Origin: Candidatus Thalassarchaeum sp.
GTDB lineage: Archaea; Thermoplasmatota; Poseidoniia; Poseidoniales; Thalassarchaeaceae
NCBI GenBank assembly: GCA_022449945.1
Contig: JAKURM010000003.1
Location: 1 to 61,473 of the forward strand
Direction of reading: 5' to 3'
DNA: 61,473 nucleotides
Part shown: positions 16,084 through 25,534 of the stretch, piece by piece
How the letters are laid out: every line of letters begins with the position of its first letter
Numbering within the stretch: the first letter of the stretch is position 1
The notes under the pieces: generated by a model
The model's input: the letters and a program-made list of their open reading frames with translations, nothing else
The model's database searches: none
Told to the model about the DNA's origin: nothing
Position numbers and translations under genes: made by a program

Positions 16084-16124
16084 GACCGAATGATTGTGAT
16101 TGGGAGTATTTGAAGGGACTAATT

Positions 16125-17189
16125 TCAGGCATGATTTTTCGGTGTCGACAGGTCTGCCAGATAATCGGATACCATTTGCCCGAGTATTGCCTGATCTGCC
16201 TCGCGGTGCAGCTCGACCCTCATAGAAGAAGCCCCAGAAAGGCCCTTTGTGAACGAGACAGCATGACGTTTGAGATTCTTGTTCCTAATCCCGCCGTAGA
16301 GTTCCTCACACAGTTCTAGGTACCTATTCCAGCACCAATGCCTGGCTACAGAGTCGTCATCTATCCCCCAAGGAGGCTCTCCGGTTTCCCAACCGAGATC
16401 TCTCTTGATTTCGTAGAAAATCGTAGGCCGCCCTATTGCCCCCCGTCCAATCATTAGTCCATCCGCTCCCGTCGCTTCCAGACATGCCTCTGCTGTTTTC
16501 GCATCTACCACATCCCCGTTTGCTATCACGGGAATCTGGACAGAATGTGCAATTTCTCGTATCTGTGACCAATCGGCTATCCCAGAGTAGCGCTGCTTCA
16601 GGGTCCTGCCGTGTACGCAAATCCTCTCTACGCCCTCTGACTCCAACCTCTTGCATATCTCCAAGGCAGTGTTGGGGCCCGAACCGGTGCCGAGCCTCAT
16701 CTTCACGGTGATGGGGACTCTGGCGACCGCGATACACTTCCTGACCATGTCGACAACTCTGTCGGGATCCCTTAGCAAGGCCGCTCCCGCATCATTTCGA
16801 CAGACCTTCGGAGCAGGACATCCGAAGTTGATGTCAATGACATCGGCCCGGTCCTGCAGCATCTCAACCGTCTGAACCATCTCTTCGGTAATTCCCCCGA
16901 ATATCTGTGGGATGAACGGTTCTTCTCTAGGATCCGTCTCGACTTTTAGCCATGAGTATGTGTTTCTCCTGGTTAGTCCCGAGGCTGCGGTGAACTCGGT
17001 GACTGTTACGTCTGCTCCGCACTCCCTCGCTAAAATTCTGTATGCGAGATCGGTAACCCCTGCCATTGGCGCTAGGAATATTGGCTTAGCCTCGCCATCC
17101 ACGATTATCGCCCTAGGTGCTCTCCTTTGAGTGCGTCGTGAACTCAGAAGGTAGATTCCCAGTCTGCGACTTCCTCGGCCAATTCCCAC
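16125..17189 (-). CDS. dus: tRNA-dihydrouridine synthase
   Basis: FLAPMAGVTDLAYR, IDINFGCPAPKV, VKMRLG, VHGRT and IANGD are Dus TIM-barrel blocks. The true start is uncertain, because the first ~46 nt of the ORF overlap rps2. Confidence 0.85.
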   Translation of the reverse strand: MGIGRGSRRLGIYLLSSRRTQRRAPRAIIVDGEAKPIFLAPMAGVTDLAYRILARECGADVTVTEFTAASGLTRRNTYSWLKVETDPREEPFIPQIFGGITEEMVQTVEMLQDRADVIDINFGCPAPKVCRNDAGAALLRDPDRVVDMVRKCIAVARVPITVKMRLGTGSGPNTALEICKRLESEGVERICVHGRTLKQRYSGIADWSQIREIAHSVQIPVIANGDVVDAKTAEACLEATGADGLMIGRGAIGRPTIFYEIKRDLGWETGEPPWGIDDDSVARHWCWNRYLELCEELYGGIRNKNLKRHAVSFTKGLSGASSMRVELHREADQAILGQMVSDYLADLSTPKNHA

Positions 17190-17761
17190 TCCATGTCATT
17201 CTTCACGGTGCCGTCGGCCTTCAGCATCTCCCGGGCGAGCAACCAGTAAACCAGTGCCAGAGACCTTCTTCCCTTGTTGTTTGCCGGGAGGGCAAGATCA
17301 ACGTTCCTCAGCCTATTGTTGGCATCGCATATAGCGACCACGGGGAGTCCCGATTTGACAGCTTCAGAAAGTGCCTGGGAGTCTGCAGCCGGATCTGTAA
17401 CCAAGATTACTTCGGGCTCTATGTAAGTCCTGAGCCGTGGGTTTGTCAGAGTCCCTGGGATGAAGCGGCCGACGATGTGTCTGGCTCCGATTGCCCGGGC
17501 GAACTTCCTAGCTGGCCTCTGTCCGTACTGGCGGGCACTGACTATCAGAATTCGTTCTGACTCGTAATTAGAGAGGAAGTTTGCGACAACCCGGATCCTA
17601 GCATCGGTCTGGTTTACATCGATTAGGTGAAGGCCACTGCTGTCTTGCTGAATGAGATCCAGGAAACCTCGCATGTCCGCAGACTTCTGGTTGGTTCCGA
17701 TGTGAACGGCGTGACGCTCGTACACGTCGTACGGGACAAGTGGTGACATGCTCTCCGCCAT
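17144..17761 (-). CDS. rps2: 30S ribosomal protein uS2 (archaeal/eukaryotic type)
   Basis: HIGTNQKSADMRGF...LIDVNQTDARIRVVANFL...ILIVSARQYGQRPARKFA...GRFIPGTLTNP...ILVTDPAADSQALSEA...LPVVAICDANN...VDLALPANNKGRRSLALVYWLLAREML. Confidence 0.9.
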   Translation of the reverse strand: MAESMSPLVPYDVYERHAVHIGTNQKSADMRGFLDLIQQDSSGLHLIDVNQTDARIRVVANFLSNYESERILIVSARQYGQRPARKFARAIGARHIVGRFIPGTLTNPRLRTYIEPEVILVTDPAADSQALSEAVKSGLPVVAICDANNRLRNVDLALPANNKGRRSLALVYWLLAREMLKADGTVKNDMEWELAEEVADWESTF

Positions 17762-17834
17762 TCGGTTTCCTCAGCAGCGCGGCGACCTACCAGTGATTGA
17801 TAAGCGCTACGCAGGTGAGTATTCGACCAAAACC

Positions 17835-18458
17835 TCAGTCTTCAAGCTCCGAAAGGAAGGTACACTCGCCGTCGTCATGTGCCTGGGGGAAGTGAACGCA
17901 GGGCTTTGTAACGGTGGCATATAGGTCAAAGTGGTCATGGAATGAGAGCTGTTCGATGGGAGTAGTCATTCCATATCCCCTGGCCTCTACCTCTAGGGTC
18001 CAGGTTCCTTCGATGAAGTCCAATGTTGAGTCCGTCCACTCCTTACGATGTTCTGCACCCTGGGTGGCCCTTACCTCCCAGAAAGGGTCACCTCCGGACG
18101 ACTGGGTGCCAGGGGCCCAGAGTCGCGCCTCGATGTACCGTAACTCGTTCGTCTCGTTCCCAATGATATCCTCGATAGTACTTGAGTAGGGGATCTGCGC
18201 CGTGAAGGTGATTACCAGTTTTGATACGGTCTCATCGAAAACTAGGTCAGTCTCGTTCTCGTAGAGTACTGAGTTCAGTTCAGCCCCGGTGTCAAAGGTC
18301 ACGGACCACCCCACTGTGATGGTCTCCGATGTGTGCTCGGGAGCATCCCGCCAACTCTCCATTATCTCTCTCTGGATGGTGAGTGCCAGACACCCACTGG
18401 ATAGGGAAGAGAGCATCATTATGGATGCCAGGCATAGTGCCCTACGGGTACGGCTCAT
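17835..18458 (-). CDS. Secreted lipoprotein-like protein, unknown function
   Basis: The track ORF (to 18701) overlaps the groEL 3' end. The internal ATG at 18458 gives MSRTRRALCLASIMMLSSLSSGC, a signal peptide plus lipobox-like Cys. Confidence 0.5.
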   Translation of the reverse strand: MSRTRRALCLASIMMLSSLSSGCLALTIQREIMESWRDAPEHTSETITVGWSVTFDTGAELNSVLYENETDLVFDETVSKLVITFTAQIPYSSTIEDIIGNETNELRYIEARLWAPGTQSSGGDPFWEVRATQGAEHRKEWTDSTLDFIEGTWTLEVEARGYGMTTPIEQLSFHDHFDLYATVTKPCVHFPQAHDDGECTFLSELED

Positions 18459-18612
18459 GGACTCCGGAGTCAATAGGACATCTTCAACTCGTTTGCTAAT
18501 TGGTGCCTCTCGGTACTCATAGGGAACGTCAGCGCAAATGCTCAGTAGCCCTTCGTCGTCATTGAGGCAATCCGGTGAAAGAGTGTTTGAGAGATGAATG
18601 TTCTGCGATTTC

Positions 18613-20268
18613 CTAGAATCCCATTCCGCCCATTCCACCCATGCCTCCGCCCATGTCGGGCATCGCAGGGGTGTTTTCCTTCTGTTCCGGGTCATCAGCA
18701 ATCAGGGTCTCTGTTGTTAGTACCAGCCCTGCGATAGACCCTGCCGATTGTAGAGCGTTCCTGGTCACCTTGGCAGGATCCAGTATTCCTGCCTCCATCA
18801 TGTCCACATACTCGCCGGTTCTTGCATTGTATCCGTAGTTGTCATCATCGCTCGACAGAATGTTCGCGATTACGTCATCGCCGTCGGCGCCTGCGTTCTC
18901 GGAAATCTGCCAGGTAGGTGCTGACAGTGCCGCGTGGACCAGGTTGATCCCTACAGCTCTATCTCCGTCAGCGGATTTCGCGAGGTCTTTCAGGCAATCG
19001 CGGGCCCTGAGAAGTGTCACTCCCCCTCCGGCTACGACGCCTTCCGCCATAGCCGCCCTGGTTGCATTCAGCGCGTCGTCTACGCGTGCCTTTGTTTCCT
19101 TGACCTCAGTCTCTGTGGCCGCACCTATCTTGAGAACCGCTACTCCTCCCGTGAGTTTGCCAACTCTCTTCTCAATCTTCTCTCGGTCCCACTTGCTCGT
19201 GGCGAGCTTCGCCTGCCCACGCAGTAACTCTGCGCGCTCCTCTGTCGCCTTAGCATCTCCACCCCCTCCAACAATGGTTGTCTTGCTCTTTCCTACTATC
19301 ACCCGGTCAGCGCTTCCTAAGCTTGTTGGACCCTGGGCCTTTAGGTCTGCCCCCTGGTCCTTGAACAATGGATTTGCACCCGTCAATACTGCGATATCTT
19401 CCAGTTGTTCGGCTATCTCGTCTCCGAATCCTGGTGCCTTTACCGCGACTGCCTTTACGACCTTACTAACCACGTTCAGGACAAGTGTAGCTAGAGCCTC
19501 TCCCTCAATGTCTTTTGCGACTATCAGCAGGGGCCTCTTCTGCTGGACGCTTGCCTCCAATGAGGGAAGCAGGTCCTGAGCTGAGTTGATTGTGTGATCG
19601 GTGAGTAAAACTAAGGGGCTCTCGTGGACGGCTTCCCTCTTCTCACGGTCAGTAATCATGTAAGGGCTAACGTAGCCCTTGTTGAATTCCATACCCTCTA
19701 CGACGTTCAGAGAAGTCTCGATTGACTTTGCTTCCTCGACAGTGATAACTCCCTCTCTTCCAACGGCATCTACTGCTTCCGCAATAAGGGACCCTATCTC
19801 TTCGTCATTGTTAGAAGCAATTGTCGCTACTTGTTTGATCGTCTCTCCGGTCTCGACGGGGACCGCTCGTTCCTTCAGAGACTCTACGACCGCTTCGATG
19901 GCCGCGTCAAATCCAGCCTTGAGTTCGACAGGACTCGAGCCCGACTCCATGTTCTCTAGTCCATGGTGGCACAGGCTCTGGGCTAGTATAGACGCGGTAG
20001 ATGTCCCATCTCCAGCGTTGTCCTGTGTTTTTGAGGCTACTTCCTTCACAAGTTTGGCACCCATGTCAGCAAAGGGATCTCCCAATTCGATGTCCTTTGC
20101 AATGGTTACGCCGTCGTTGATTATCGAAGGGCTTCCCCAGGACTTCTCCAGTACTACTGTTCTCGCGGCAGGCCCAAGGGTAACTTTGATCGCATTAGCA
20201 ACTGTGTCTATTCCCTCAAGCAGCTTTTCTCGCGCCTCTGCGCCGTAAATGATCTTCTTTGCTCCCAC
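18613..20268 (-). CDS. groEL: Group I chaperonin GroEL (Cpn60)
   Basis: AKKIIYGAEAREKLLEGIDTVANAIKVTLGP, AGDGTSTASILAQ and the C-terminal GGM repeat (MGGGMGGMGGMGF). Confidence 0.95.
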   Translation of the reverse strand: MGAKKIIYGAEAREKLLEGIDTVANAIKVTLGPAARTVVLEKSWGSPSIINDGVTIAKDIELGDPFADMGAKLVKEVASKTQDNAGDGTSTASILAQSLCHHGLENMESGSSPVELKAGFDAAIEAVVESLKERAVPVETGETIKQVATIASNNDEEIGSLIAEAVDAVGREGVITVEEAKSIETSLNVVEGMEFNKGYVSPYMITDREKREAVHESPLVLLTDHTINSAQDLLPSLEASVQQKRPLLIVAKDIEGEALATLVLNVVSKVVKAVAVKAPGFGDEIAEQLEDIAVLTGANPLFKDQGADLKAQGPTSLGSADRVIVGKSKTTIVGGGGDAKATEERAELLRGQAKLATSKWDREKIEKRVGKLTGGVAVLKIGAATETEVKETKARVDDALNATRAAMAEGVVAGGGVTLLRARDCLKDLAKSADGDRAVGINLVHAALSAPTWQISENAGADGDDVIANILSSDDDNYGYNARTGEYVDMMEAGILDPAKVTRNALQSAGSIAGLVLTTETLIADDPEQKENTPAMPDMGGGMGGMGGMGF

Positions 20269-20272
20269 TTGA

Positions 20273-20542
20273 TCACCCCATTACCCTAGCCTGGATGTCC
20301 TCTTCCTGAATTAGCAGGTAATCCATTCCCATCCATTCAATCTTCGTTCCGCTGTACTGCCTGTATATCACGCGGTCTCCTACTGAGATGCTTTTTGCGT
20401 CTGGGCCGACTGCCTCGACCAGTCCCACATTCATCTTCTCGCGTGCCTCCTCGGGTAGAAGAAGGCCTGAATCGGTCTTCTCAGGGGCGTTCTCCATTGC
20501 TATCAGCACCATTTCTCCAATCGGTTCTATTCCTATTCCCAT
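20273..20542 (-). CDS. groES: Co-chaperonin GroES (Cpn10)
   Basis: IEPIGEMVLIAMENAPEKTDSGLLLPEEAREKMNVGLVEAVGP...GDRVIYRQYSGTKI...YLLIQEEDI. Start set at ATG 20542 (MGIGIEPIG), preceded by AAGGAG. Confidence 0.85.
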   Translation of the reverse strand: MGIGIEPIGEMVLIAMENAPEKTDSGLLLPEEAREKMNVGLVEAVGPDAKSISVGDRVIYRQYSGTKIEWMGMDYLLIQEEDIQARVMG

Positions 20543-20584
20543 GAAAGAGCAACTCCTTGTTTGCAAGGCTCGCAATTTCAAGTC

Positions 20585-20593
20585 TATTTTAAA
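20585..20593 (-). promoter_or_regulatory. Archaeal TATA-box-like element upstream of groES
   Basis: The minus strand reads TTTAAAATA about 45 nt upstream of the groES ATG, leaving room for a ~20-nt leader that carries AAGGAG. Confidence 0.4.
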
Positions 20594-20638
20594 CCAAACG
20601 AAAGGAGCTCATCCTTACGAACGTGAAGTTTAGGCGAG

Positions 20639-21499
20639 TTACTCTTCTTCTTCGGAGCGATTTTGCGGGTTTGAGAAGTAATCGATGATTAGCGGTGATG
20701 CTAGAATTAGTAGAATTGTCAATGATAGGTAGTTCCATGAGCTGCTTGTTACAGAACCATGGTTTCCAGAAGTTAGGAGCTTTATCGCCCCAATCCATGG
20801 TATCTCGGAGGAAGCGACCCCAACAACCCATTCGTCCTCAACAGGGAGGACTGGGTTCCCTTCTGGAAATGTGAAAAGACCACTTTTTCCCTGTGAGTTT
20901 GCTGATGGCTGATCGATCATGCAGTCGTTATTGTCCCCAGCGGTCAGGTATCCCTCGTTTGGTGGCGTCCACTGTTCGACTTGCATCTGATAGGTCCCAC
21001 CATGGTATGAGGAGCATTCGATATCCAAAGTCCAGGTTACATTCTCAACATTCACTAGAGTTGTCCCTGGGACGTCCCAACCTCCAGATTCGTTCAACCT
21101 AACCTCGAGGAGTGCTCGGTGAATCACCGGAGTCTCGGAGCCCCCATTCTTCTTGTAGATAATCACGTCACCGGGCATTCCATGGGACTCGTACCCGTAG
21201 TTTTCGTTTCCCTCCTGGGTGGCTTCGACAAGTGTAACAATATTCGTCCTCTCCATACTCATCACAAGAACCAGGTCACCTGGATCTATGGCTCCGACTG
21301 ATCCATCCTCTTCGTCGTGCATCATTGACTTTGACTCGACTACCACCATAGGGGGAAATGTCCCTGTGGCCAGCCACATCGAGCTAAGAATCAGGACTAC
21401 TAAACCACCGGCTAGTATCGCCTCACGGACCAGCCAACCTGCACCTGTGTCTCTCGGTCCGGGGGTGCTAGTGAGTAGGATGGGGGCCTCTTCAGACAC
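20639..21499 (-). CDS. Signal peptidase I, archaeal/Sec11-like (S26B), with a large insertion
   Basis: An N-terminal TM, then VVVESKSMMH...IDPGDLVLVM (SxSM..-GDL box) and GDVIIYKKNGG..TPVIHRAL. There is also a C-terminal TM. Confidence 0.65.
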   Translation of the reverse strand: MSEEAPILLTSTPGPRDTGAGWLVREAILAGGLVVLILSSMWLATGTFPPMVVVESKSMMHDEEDGSVGAIDPGDLVLVMSMERTNIVTLVEATQEGNENYGYESHGMPGDVIIYKKNGGSETPVIHRALLEVRLNESGGWDVPGTTLVNVENVTWTLDIECSSYHGGTYQMQVEQWTPPNEGYLTAGDNNDCMIDQPSANSQGKSGLFTFPEGNPVLPVEDEWVVGVASSEIPWIGAIKLLTSGNHGSVTSSSWNYLSLTILLILASPLIIDYFSNPQNRSEEEE

Positions 21500-21500
21500 C

Positions 21501-22025
21501 TCATTCCTCCTCTCCGGAGTTCGAGTCGGTCACGTCTTCTTGTTCACTTGGCTTAGAAGACAGTGACGAGTACCTCTTAGGGACATTGATGCCAAGTTCC
21601 TCGTATCGACCCTTCAGCATTGCTTGGTAAGATGGCCCCAAAAGATCTGCAGCGGTCTCTGCCTCCTTTCTTAGTCTCATTACCTCGGCCCTGGAGTCCA
21701 ATTGAATAATCTCGCTGAGTTGGTCCTTCTTTCTATAGAAGTAGAAGAACTCAGGTGCCACGATAAACAGTGCGATGGACCCTCCAACCAACCCAATCCA
21801 AACAAGAGGTATCAGGTTCTCATTCCCGTCTTCTGTAAGGGTTGCTACGCCATCCATGAAGAAAAGAAGGAGGAAGCAGTAGAGTAGTACTGCGAAAGAG
21901 ACTGCGGTCATTACAGTGTATGCCTGGAAGTGTATTTCACTCTTCGAGCGCCACCATGCCTTCAACGGGTTGGGCTTTCTCCTTGCCGCTCGCGCCATCT
22001 CTACCGGCTCCCGCGCCGCACTCAT
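21501..22025 (-). CDS. Membrane protein, unknown function
   Basis: Two TM helices followed by a coiled/charged tail ending in an acidic SGEEE. Start trimmed to ATG 22025 (MSAAREPVEM) to remove the overlap with the divergent kinase gene. Confidence 0.4.
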   Translation of the reverse strand: MSAAREPVEMARAARRKPNPLKAWWRSKSEIHFQAYTVMTAVSFAVLLYCFLLLFFMDGVATLTEDGNENLIPLVWIGLVGGSIALFIVAPEFFYFYRKKDQLSEIIQLDSRAEVMRLRKEAETAADLLGPSYQAMLKGRYEELGINVPKRYSSLSSKPSEQEDVTDSNSGEEE

Positions 22026-22135
22026 ACGGTTAGTGCCTTTCGTTCGATGGGTCCCCCGATTAAAGCCAATTATTGGCATATTATTCTGGCCGCAACCGGC
22101 GCAACCAATATTCACGGCCTCTCGTAGGAGGCATC

Positions 22136-22678
22136 GTGCTGGTTGGACTCACGGGAAGGAACGCTTCGGGAAAGTCGACACTAGTTGAGTGGTTCTCATC
22201 GAAGGGACTCAGGAGCGTTTCCTGCTCCGATTCGATTCGAAAATGGCTGCATGACCAAGGGGTTGACTCGACCAGAGAGGCCTTGATTGAAGGGGGAAGG
22301 GAGCTTCGGAGACGTGGAGGTCCCGGGATTCTTGCTGAGATGCTGTTGGAAACCCTTGACGGTGAAGATGCCGTGGTGGATTCCATTAGGACCCCTGCAG
22401 AAGTTGAGGCACTTCGTTCAAGGGGCGACTTCATCCTAATCGAAGTCAGTGCATCTGAGGATTCTAGGTGGGAAAGAATGGTTGGGAGGGGCAGAACAGG
22501 CGATCCAGGTGAAAAGAGCGTCTTCCTTGAACAGGAGGCAGCAGAATCCCATGCCGAGGACGAGGCTGGGCAGGCACTAGTCGCCACTGGCAATATGGCA
22601 GACGTTAAGATAGGAAATGACGGATCAATAGAGGATCTGGAGATGAAACTAGAGAGTTTCTGGAAGGGACTGTCCTAG
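22136..22678 (+). CDS. P-loop nucleotide kinase (dephospho-CoA kinase / NMP-kinase-like)
   Basis: Walker A GLTGRNASGKST near the N-terminus. Start proposed at GTG 22136, 4 nt after AGGAGG; the track start is TTG 22073. Confidence 0.55.
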   Translation: MLVGLTGRNASGKSTLVEWFSSKGLRSVSCSDSIRKWLHDQGVDSTREALIEGGRELRRRGGPGILAEMLLETLDGEDAVVDSIRTPAEVEALRSRGDFILIEVSASEDSRWERMVGRGRTGDPGEKSVFLEQEAAESHAEDEAGQALVATGNMADVKIGNDGSIEDLEMKLESFWKGLS

Positions 22679-23142
22679 GCCTCTCTAACGTTGATTCCGG
22701 CTTCCTTCATCATTCCCATTGCGATGTCAAAATCTTCCTTCCATCGTTCTGGAATGTCTAGATCCTTCGGATAGACCACCTCATTCACACCAGCCTGAAT
22801 TAGCGACCGTGAACATCGTGAGCATGGGGGCCAGGTTACGTAGGCAGAGTTTCCCTTCAGCGAGACTCCGATCCTAGCTGCATGCATTATTGCATTCTCT
22901 TCTGCATGGCAAATCAATGGGTACTTCTGCTCGCGGTCCTCTAGTCTACCTGAGTCGTCCTCGATTCCCCTAGGGAATCCATTGAATCCAGTAGACCTGA
23001 TCTCCCTGTCCTCGCCAACAACCACGCAACCTACCTTGGTCGAAGGGTCCTTGCTCCAGCCCGAAATGTGTTTGGCGAGTTCCAGAAAACGCCGATCCCA
23101 CTTATCGCTCACGTTCCCCGTGTCAGGTGACTGGGTAATCAT
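22675..23142 (-). CDS. dCMP deaminase (cytidine/deoxycytidylate deaminase fold)
   Basis: Zinc motifs HAEENAI and PCSRCSRSLIQAGV. ATG 23142 forms an ATGA overlap with the folC stop. Confidence 0.85.
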   Translation of the reverse strand: MITQSPDTGNVSDKWDRRFLELAKHISGWSKDPSTKVGCVVVGEDREIRSTGFNGFPRGIEDDSGRLEDREQKYPLICHAEENAIMHAARIGVSLKGNSAYVTWPPCSRCSRSLIQAGVNEVVYPKDLDIPERWKEDFDIAMGMMKEAGINVREA

Positions 23143-24368
23143 CCTTCGGTTTGATATCTTGGAGGATGGATTTCGAGATAGTCCCAAAGGTTGGAGTCAC
23201 TCATCCTCAGGTACTCAGAAAACAGACTTCCAACGAGATACACACTTCCCGTGACATAGACGATGCAGCCATTCTCAGATGCAATCCTAACTGCTCTTTC
23301 CATGGCCTTGGAATTGTCGGAAATTACCTCAATCTCTCCCCCCACGTCTAACAGGTCTGCTACTTCGCCAATGGGGGCTGATGGTTTTCGCCCGCCCTCG
23401 ACCATGGTCACAATCGTGTGAATCGTACTTGCAGAACCCCGAAGGGGCTCGATTGAGGAGGCTAGTTCTTCCTTCTGGGTCATCCCAATTACCATGACGT
23501 GCTCGTCGTCCGAGATTTGCACGAAGTCGTGTACAATGCTCTCTTCGTTATGTGCAGCGCTCAGTCTGCATTCCACTCCATTCCAATTGATTGTGTCATC
23601 CGTTCGACCGGGCCAGCTAACCTCGGCCTCCAATTCACTCCAACCAAGTCTTCTCCCTATCTCTTGTGAAATCGCCCTTGCCGTGGACTGGGCATCTAGT
23701 CCCAAATCATCCATCCACTCTACATCAACGCCGCCGACTGACTCGATGGCTTCTCTGACATCGCTATCCTCGTGGTATAGGCAAAACAGAGGGACGCCCT
23801 GTCTGTGAATTCCCGCCTTCTCTGAGGCTATCTCCCTCAGGGTTTCCCCCAGAACCTCAGTATGATCCATCGATATGGTGGTAATCGCGCATATGTCAGC
23901 TTCGACTAGCCTGGTTGAGTCTAAGCGTCCGCCTAGACCGGTCTCCACAATGGCCCGATCCACCCCTGCTTCGGAGAAGGCCAACATCGAGGCCAGGAAG
24001 GTTATCTCGAAGTAGGTTGGTCTGATCTCAGGCTCAATTTCACTGGCTGCTCTGACTTCCTGGAGAATACGGTCGAAATCGCTGGGCAGAACTGGTGTCC
24101 CATCGACCCTAGCCCTCTCTTCAACTGTTACCAAATGAGGAGAGGTGAACAAGCCGATGAGTCGGCCGTTCTTAGCCCCCAATGCCGACAAGTGGGCGCA
24201 CAAGGAGCCCTTGCCGTTGGTCCCAGCAACGTGGACGCTTGGGAAGTCCCTCTCAGGATTGCCAAGCCTCTCCAGCATCTGCGCGCAGGTAGAGAGGCCA
24301 AGCCTCATCCCTGAGCCAATCCTGCTATCCAACCAGTCCCTGATATTGGCTTCGCCGGGGAGGGGCAT
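23139..24368 (-). CDS. folC: Folylpolyglutamate synthase / dihydrofolate synthase
   Basis: VHVAGTNGKGS P-loop, FTSPHL and the Mur-ligase-like layout. Confidence 0.85.
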   Translation of the reverse strand: MPLPGEANIRDWLDSRIGSGMRLGLSTCAQMLERLGNPERDFPSVHVAGTNGKGSLCAHLSALGAKNGRLIGLFTSPHLVTVEERARVDGTPVLPSDFDRILQEVRAASEIEPEIRPTYFEITFLASMLAFSEAGVDRAIVETGLGGRLDSTRLVEADICAITTISMDHTEVLGETLREIASEKAGIHRQGVPLFCLYHEDSDVREAIESVGGVDVEWMDDLGLDAQSTARAISQEIGRRLGWSELEAEVSWPGRTDDTINWNGVECRLSAAHNEESIVHDFVQISDDEHVMVIGMTQKEELASSIEPLRGSASTIHTIVTMVEGGRKPSAPIGEVADLLDVGGEIEVISDNSKAMERAVRIASENGCIVYVTGSVYLVGSLFSEYLRMSDSNLWDYLEIHPPRYQTEG

Positions 24369-24385
24369 GGCTGGGTCAAGGTGAA

Positions 24386-25483
24386 ATGCGTCTTGAAGGT
24401 CGTGGGAGCATGGCGGATACGGAACTTGCTCGGGTTCTATCGGCGATTAGGGACCAGTGGGTCTCGATGACGGGAATGGCAGCCATGTTCATCGCATCGA
24501 TTGGTTTTGGGATTTTCATCCAACCCTTCTACAATTTCGAGGAGCTGAGGGCTTTCGGAGAAGAGGGGACAACAGAGGCTGGAAACATCATTCTTGAGTT
24601 GGTTATGATTTTCGTGTTCACGATTGCGATAATTTGGCTTGCAAGGAAGGGTCTTGAAGTAGTGATCAAGGGAGTTGTTTTCCTTGCTCTCGGGTACAGC
24701 CTGATGATGGCGATTTTGCCTATTCTCGCAATATTGCTTTGGATATTCGGAGTAGAAATTGACGATTTAGTAGTATTTGCAATTACTATCGGAGTCACCT
24801 GCGCTATGATGTACACCCTACACAAGTTCCCAGAATGGTACGTAGTCAATACTGTTGGATTGCTGGTTGGTTCGGGAGTGATTGTGATGCTGGGAATTGC
24901 CTTCGTACCGGTACTGATTATCCTCTTCATGGTTCTAGCAGCCATCTATGACCACTGGGCTGTAAATGGCAGTAAGCACATGCTCGAGCTGGCTGACACT
25001 ATGATTGACCTGAAGCTGCCAGTCCTACTAGTAGCACCAAAGGATGCCAGTTACTCCTTCCTAGATCAGGAATCGAATACGATGAGGAAGGATAAGGGAG
25101 AAAATATCGACTGGGAGAGGCCACTGGAAGGTGGACCAACCCAGAAAAAGAGCAGGGATGCTCTTTTCATGGGATTGGGGGACGTAATCTTCCCTGGCAT
25201 GCTCGTAATTTCTTCTATCACGTTCCTACCGGAAATGGGCCCCGTTGTCTTCGACTTCTGGGGAGGGGCGACTGCTCCTATCTACCTTGGACCGATGCTA
25301 GTGGGACTAGGGACTCTAGGAGGGGGCCTTCTGGGCTACTTGGCCCTAATGACCCAGGTCGCAAGAGGTAAGCCCCAGGCAGGACTACCACTGCTGAACG
25401 GTGGCAGCATTCTAGGATACATCATCTCTGGAACTATAGCCCTCGGTCCCAGCAATCTATGGCAGGACATCTCGTTCCTGTGA
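24386..25483 (+). CDS. Presenilin / signal-peptide-peptidase-like intramembrane aspartyl protease (A22 family)
   Basis: Polytopic, with AAIYDHWAV (YD), FMGLGDVIFPG (GxGD) and LPLLNGG (PAL-like). Confidence 0.7.
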   Translation: MRLEGRGSMADTELARVLSAIRDQWVSMTGMAAMFIASIGFGIFIQPFYNFEELRAFGEEGTTEAGNIILELVMIFVFTIAIIWLARKGLEVVIKGVVFLALGYSLMMAILPILAILLWIFGVEIDDLVVFAITIGVTCAMMYTLHKFPEWYVVNTVGLLVGSGVIVMLGIAFVPVLIILFMVLAAIYDHWAVNGSKHMLELADTMIDLKLPVLLVAPKDASYSFLDQESNTMRKDKGENIDWERPLEGGPTQKKSRDALFMGLGDVIFPGMLVISSITFLPEMGPVVFDFWGGATAPIYLGPMLVGLGTLGGGLLGYLALMTQVARGKPQAGLPLLNGGSILGYIISGTIALGPSNLWQDISFL

Positions 25484-25534
25484 GTTCTGCCCAATGAGTT
25501 GAAGGTCGGAAGCGGGGCCACAAGGTCGGTCGCG

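Noticed and set aside
18459-18701. The N-terminal extension of the track ORF 17835-18701.
   Set aside because: It overlaps the groEL 3' end (GGM tail) in another frame. The internal ATG at 18458 yields a typical signal peptide.
18641-20248. Long plus-strand ORFs (18839-19579, 19679-20248 and others) antisense to groEL. Similar antisense ORFs lie within guaB, serS, nuo, the S8 protease and the giant surface genes.
   Set aside because: They are shadow ORFs of strongly supported genes on the other strand. Their products are low-complexity (S/A/P/R-rich) and have no motifs.
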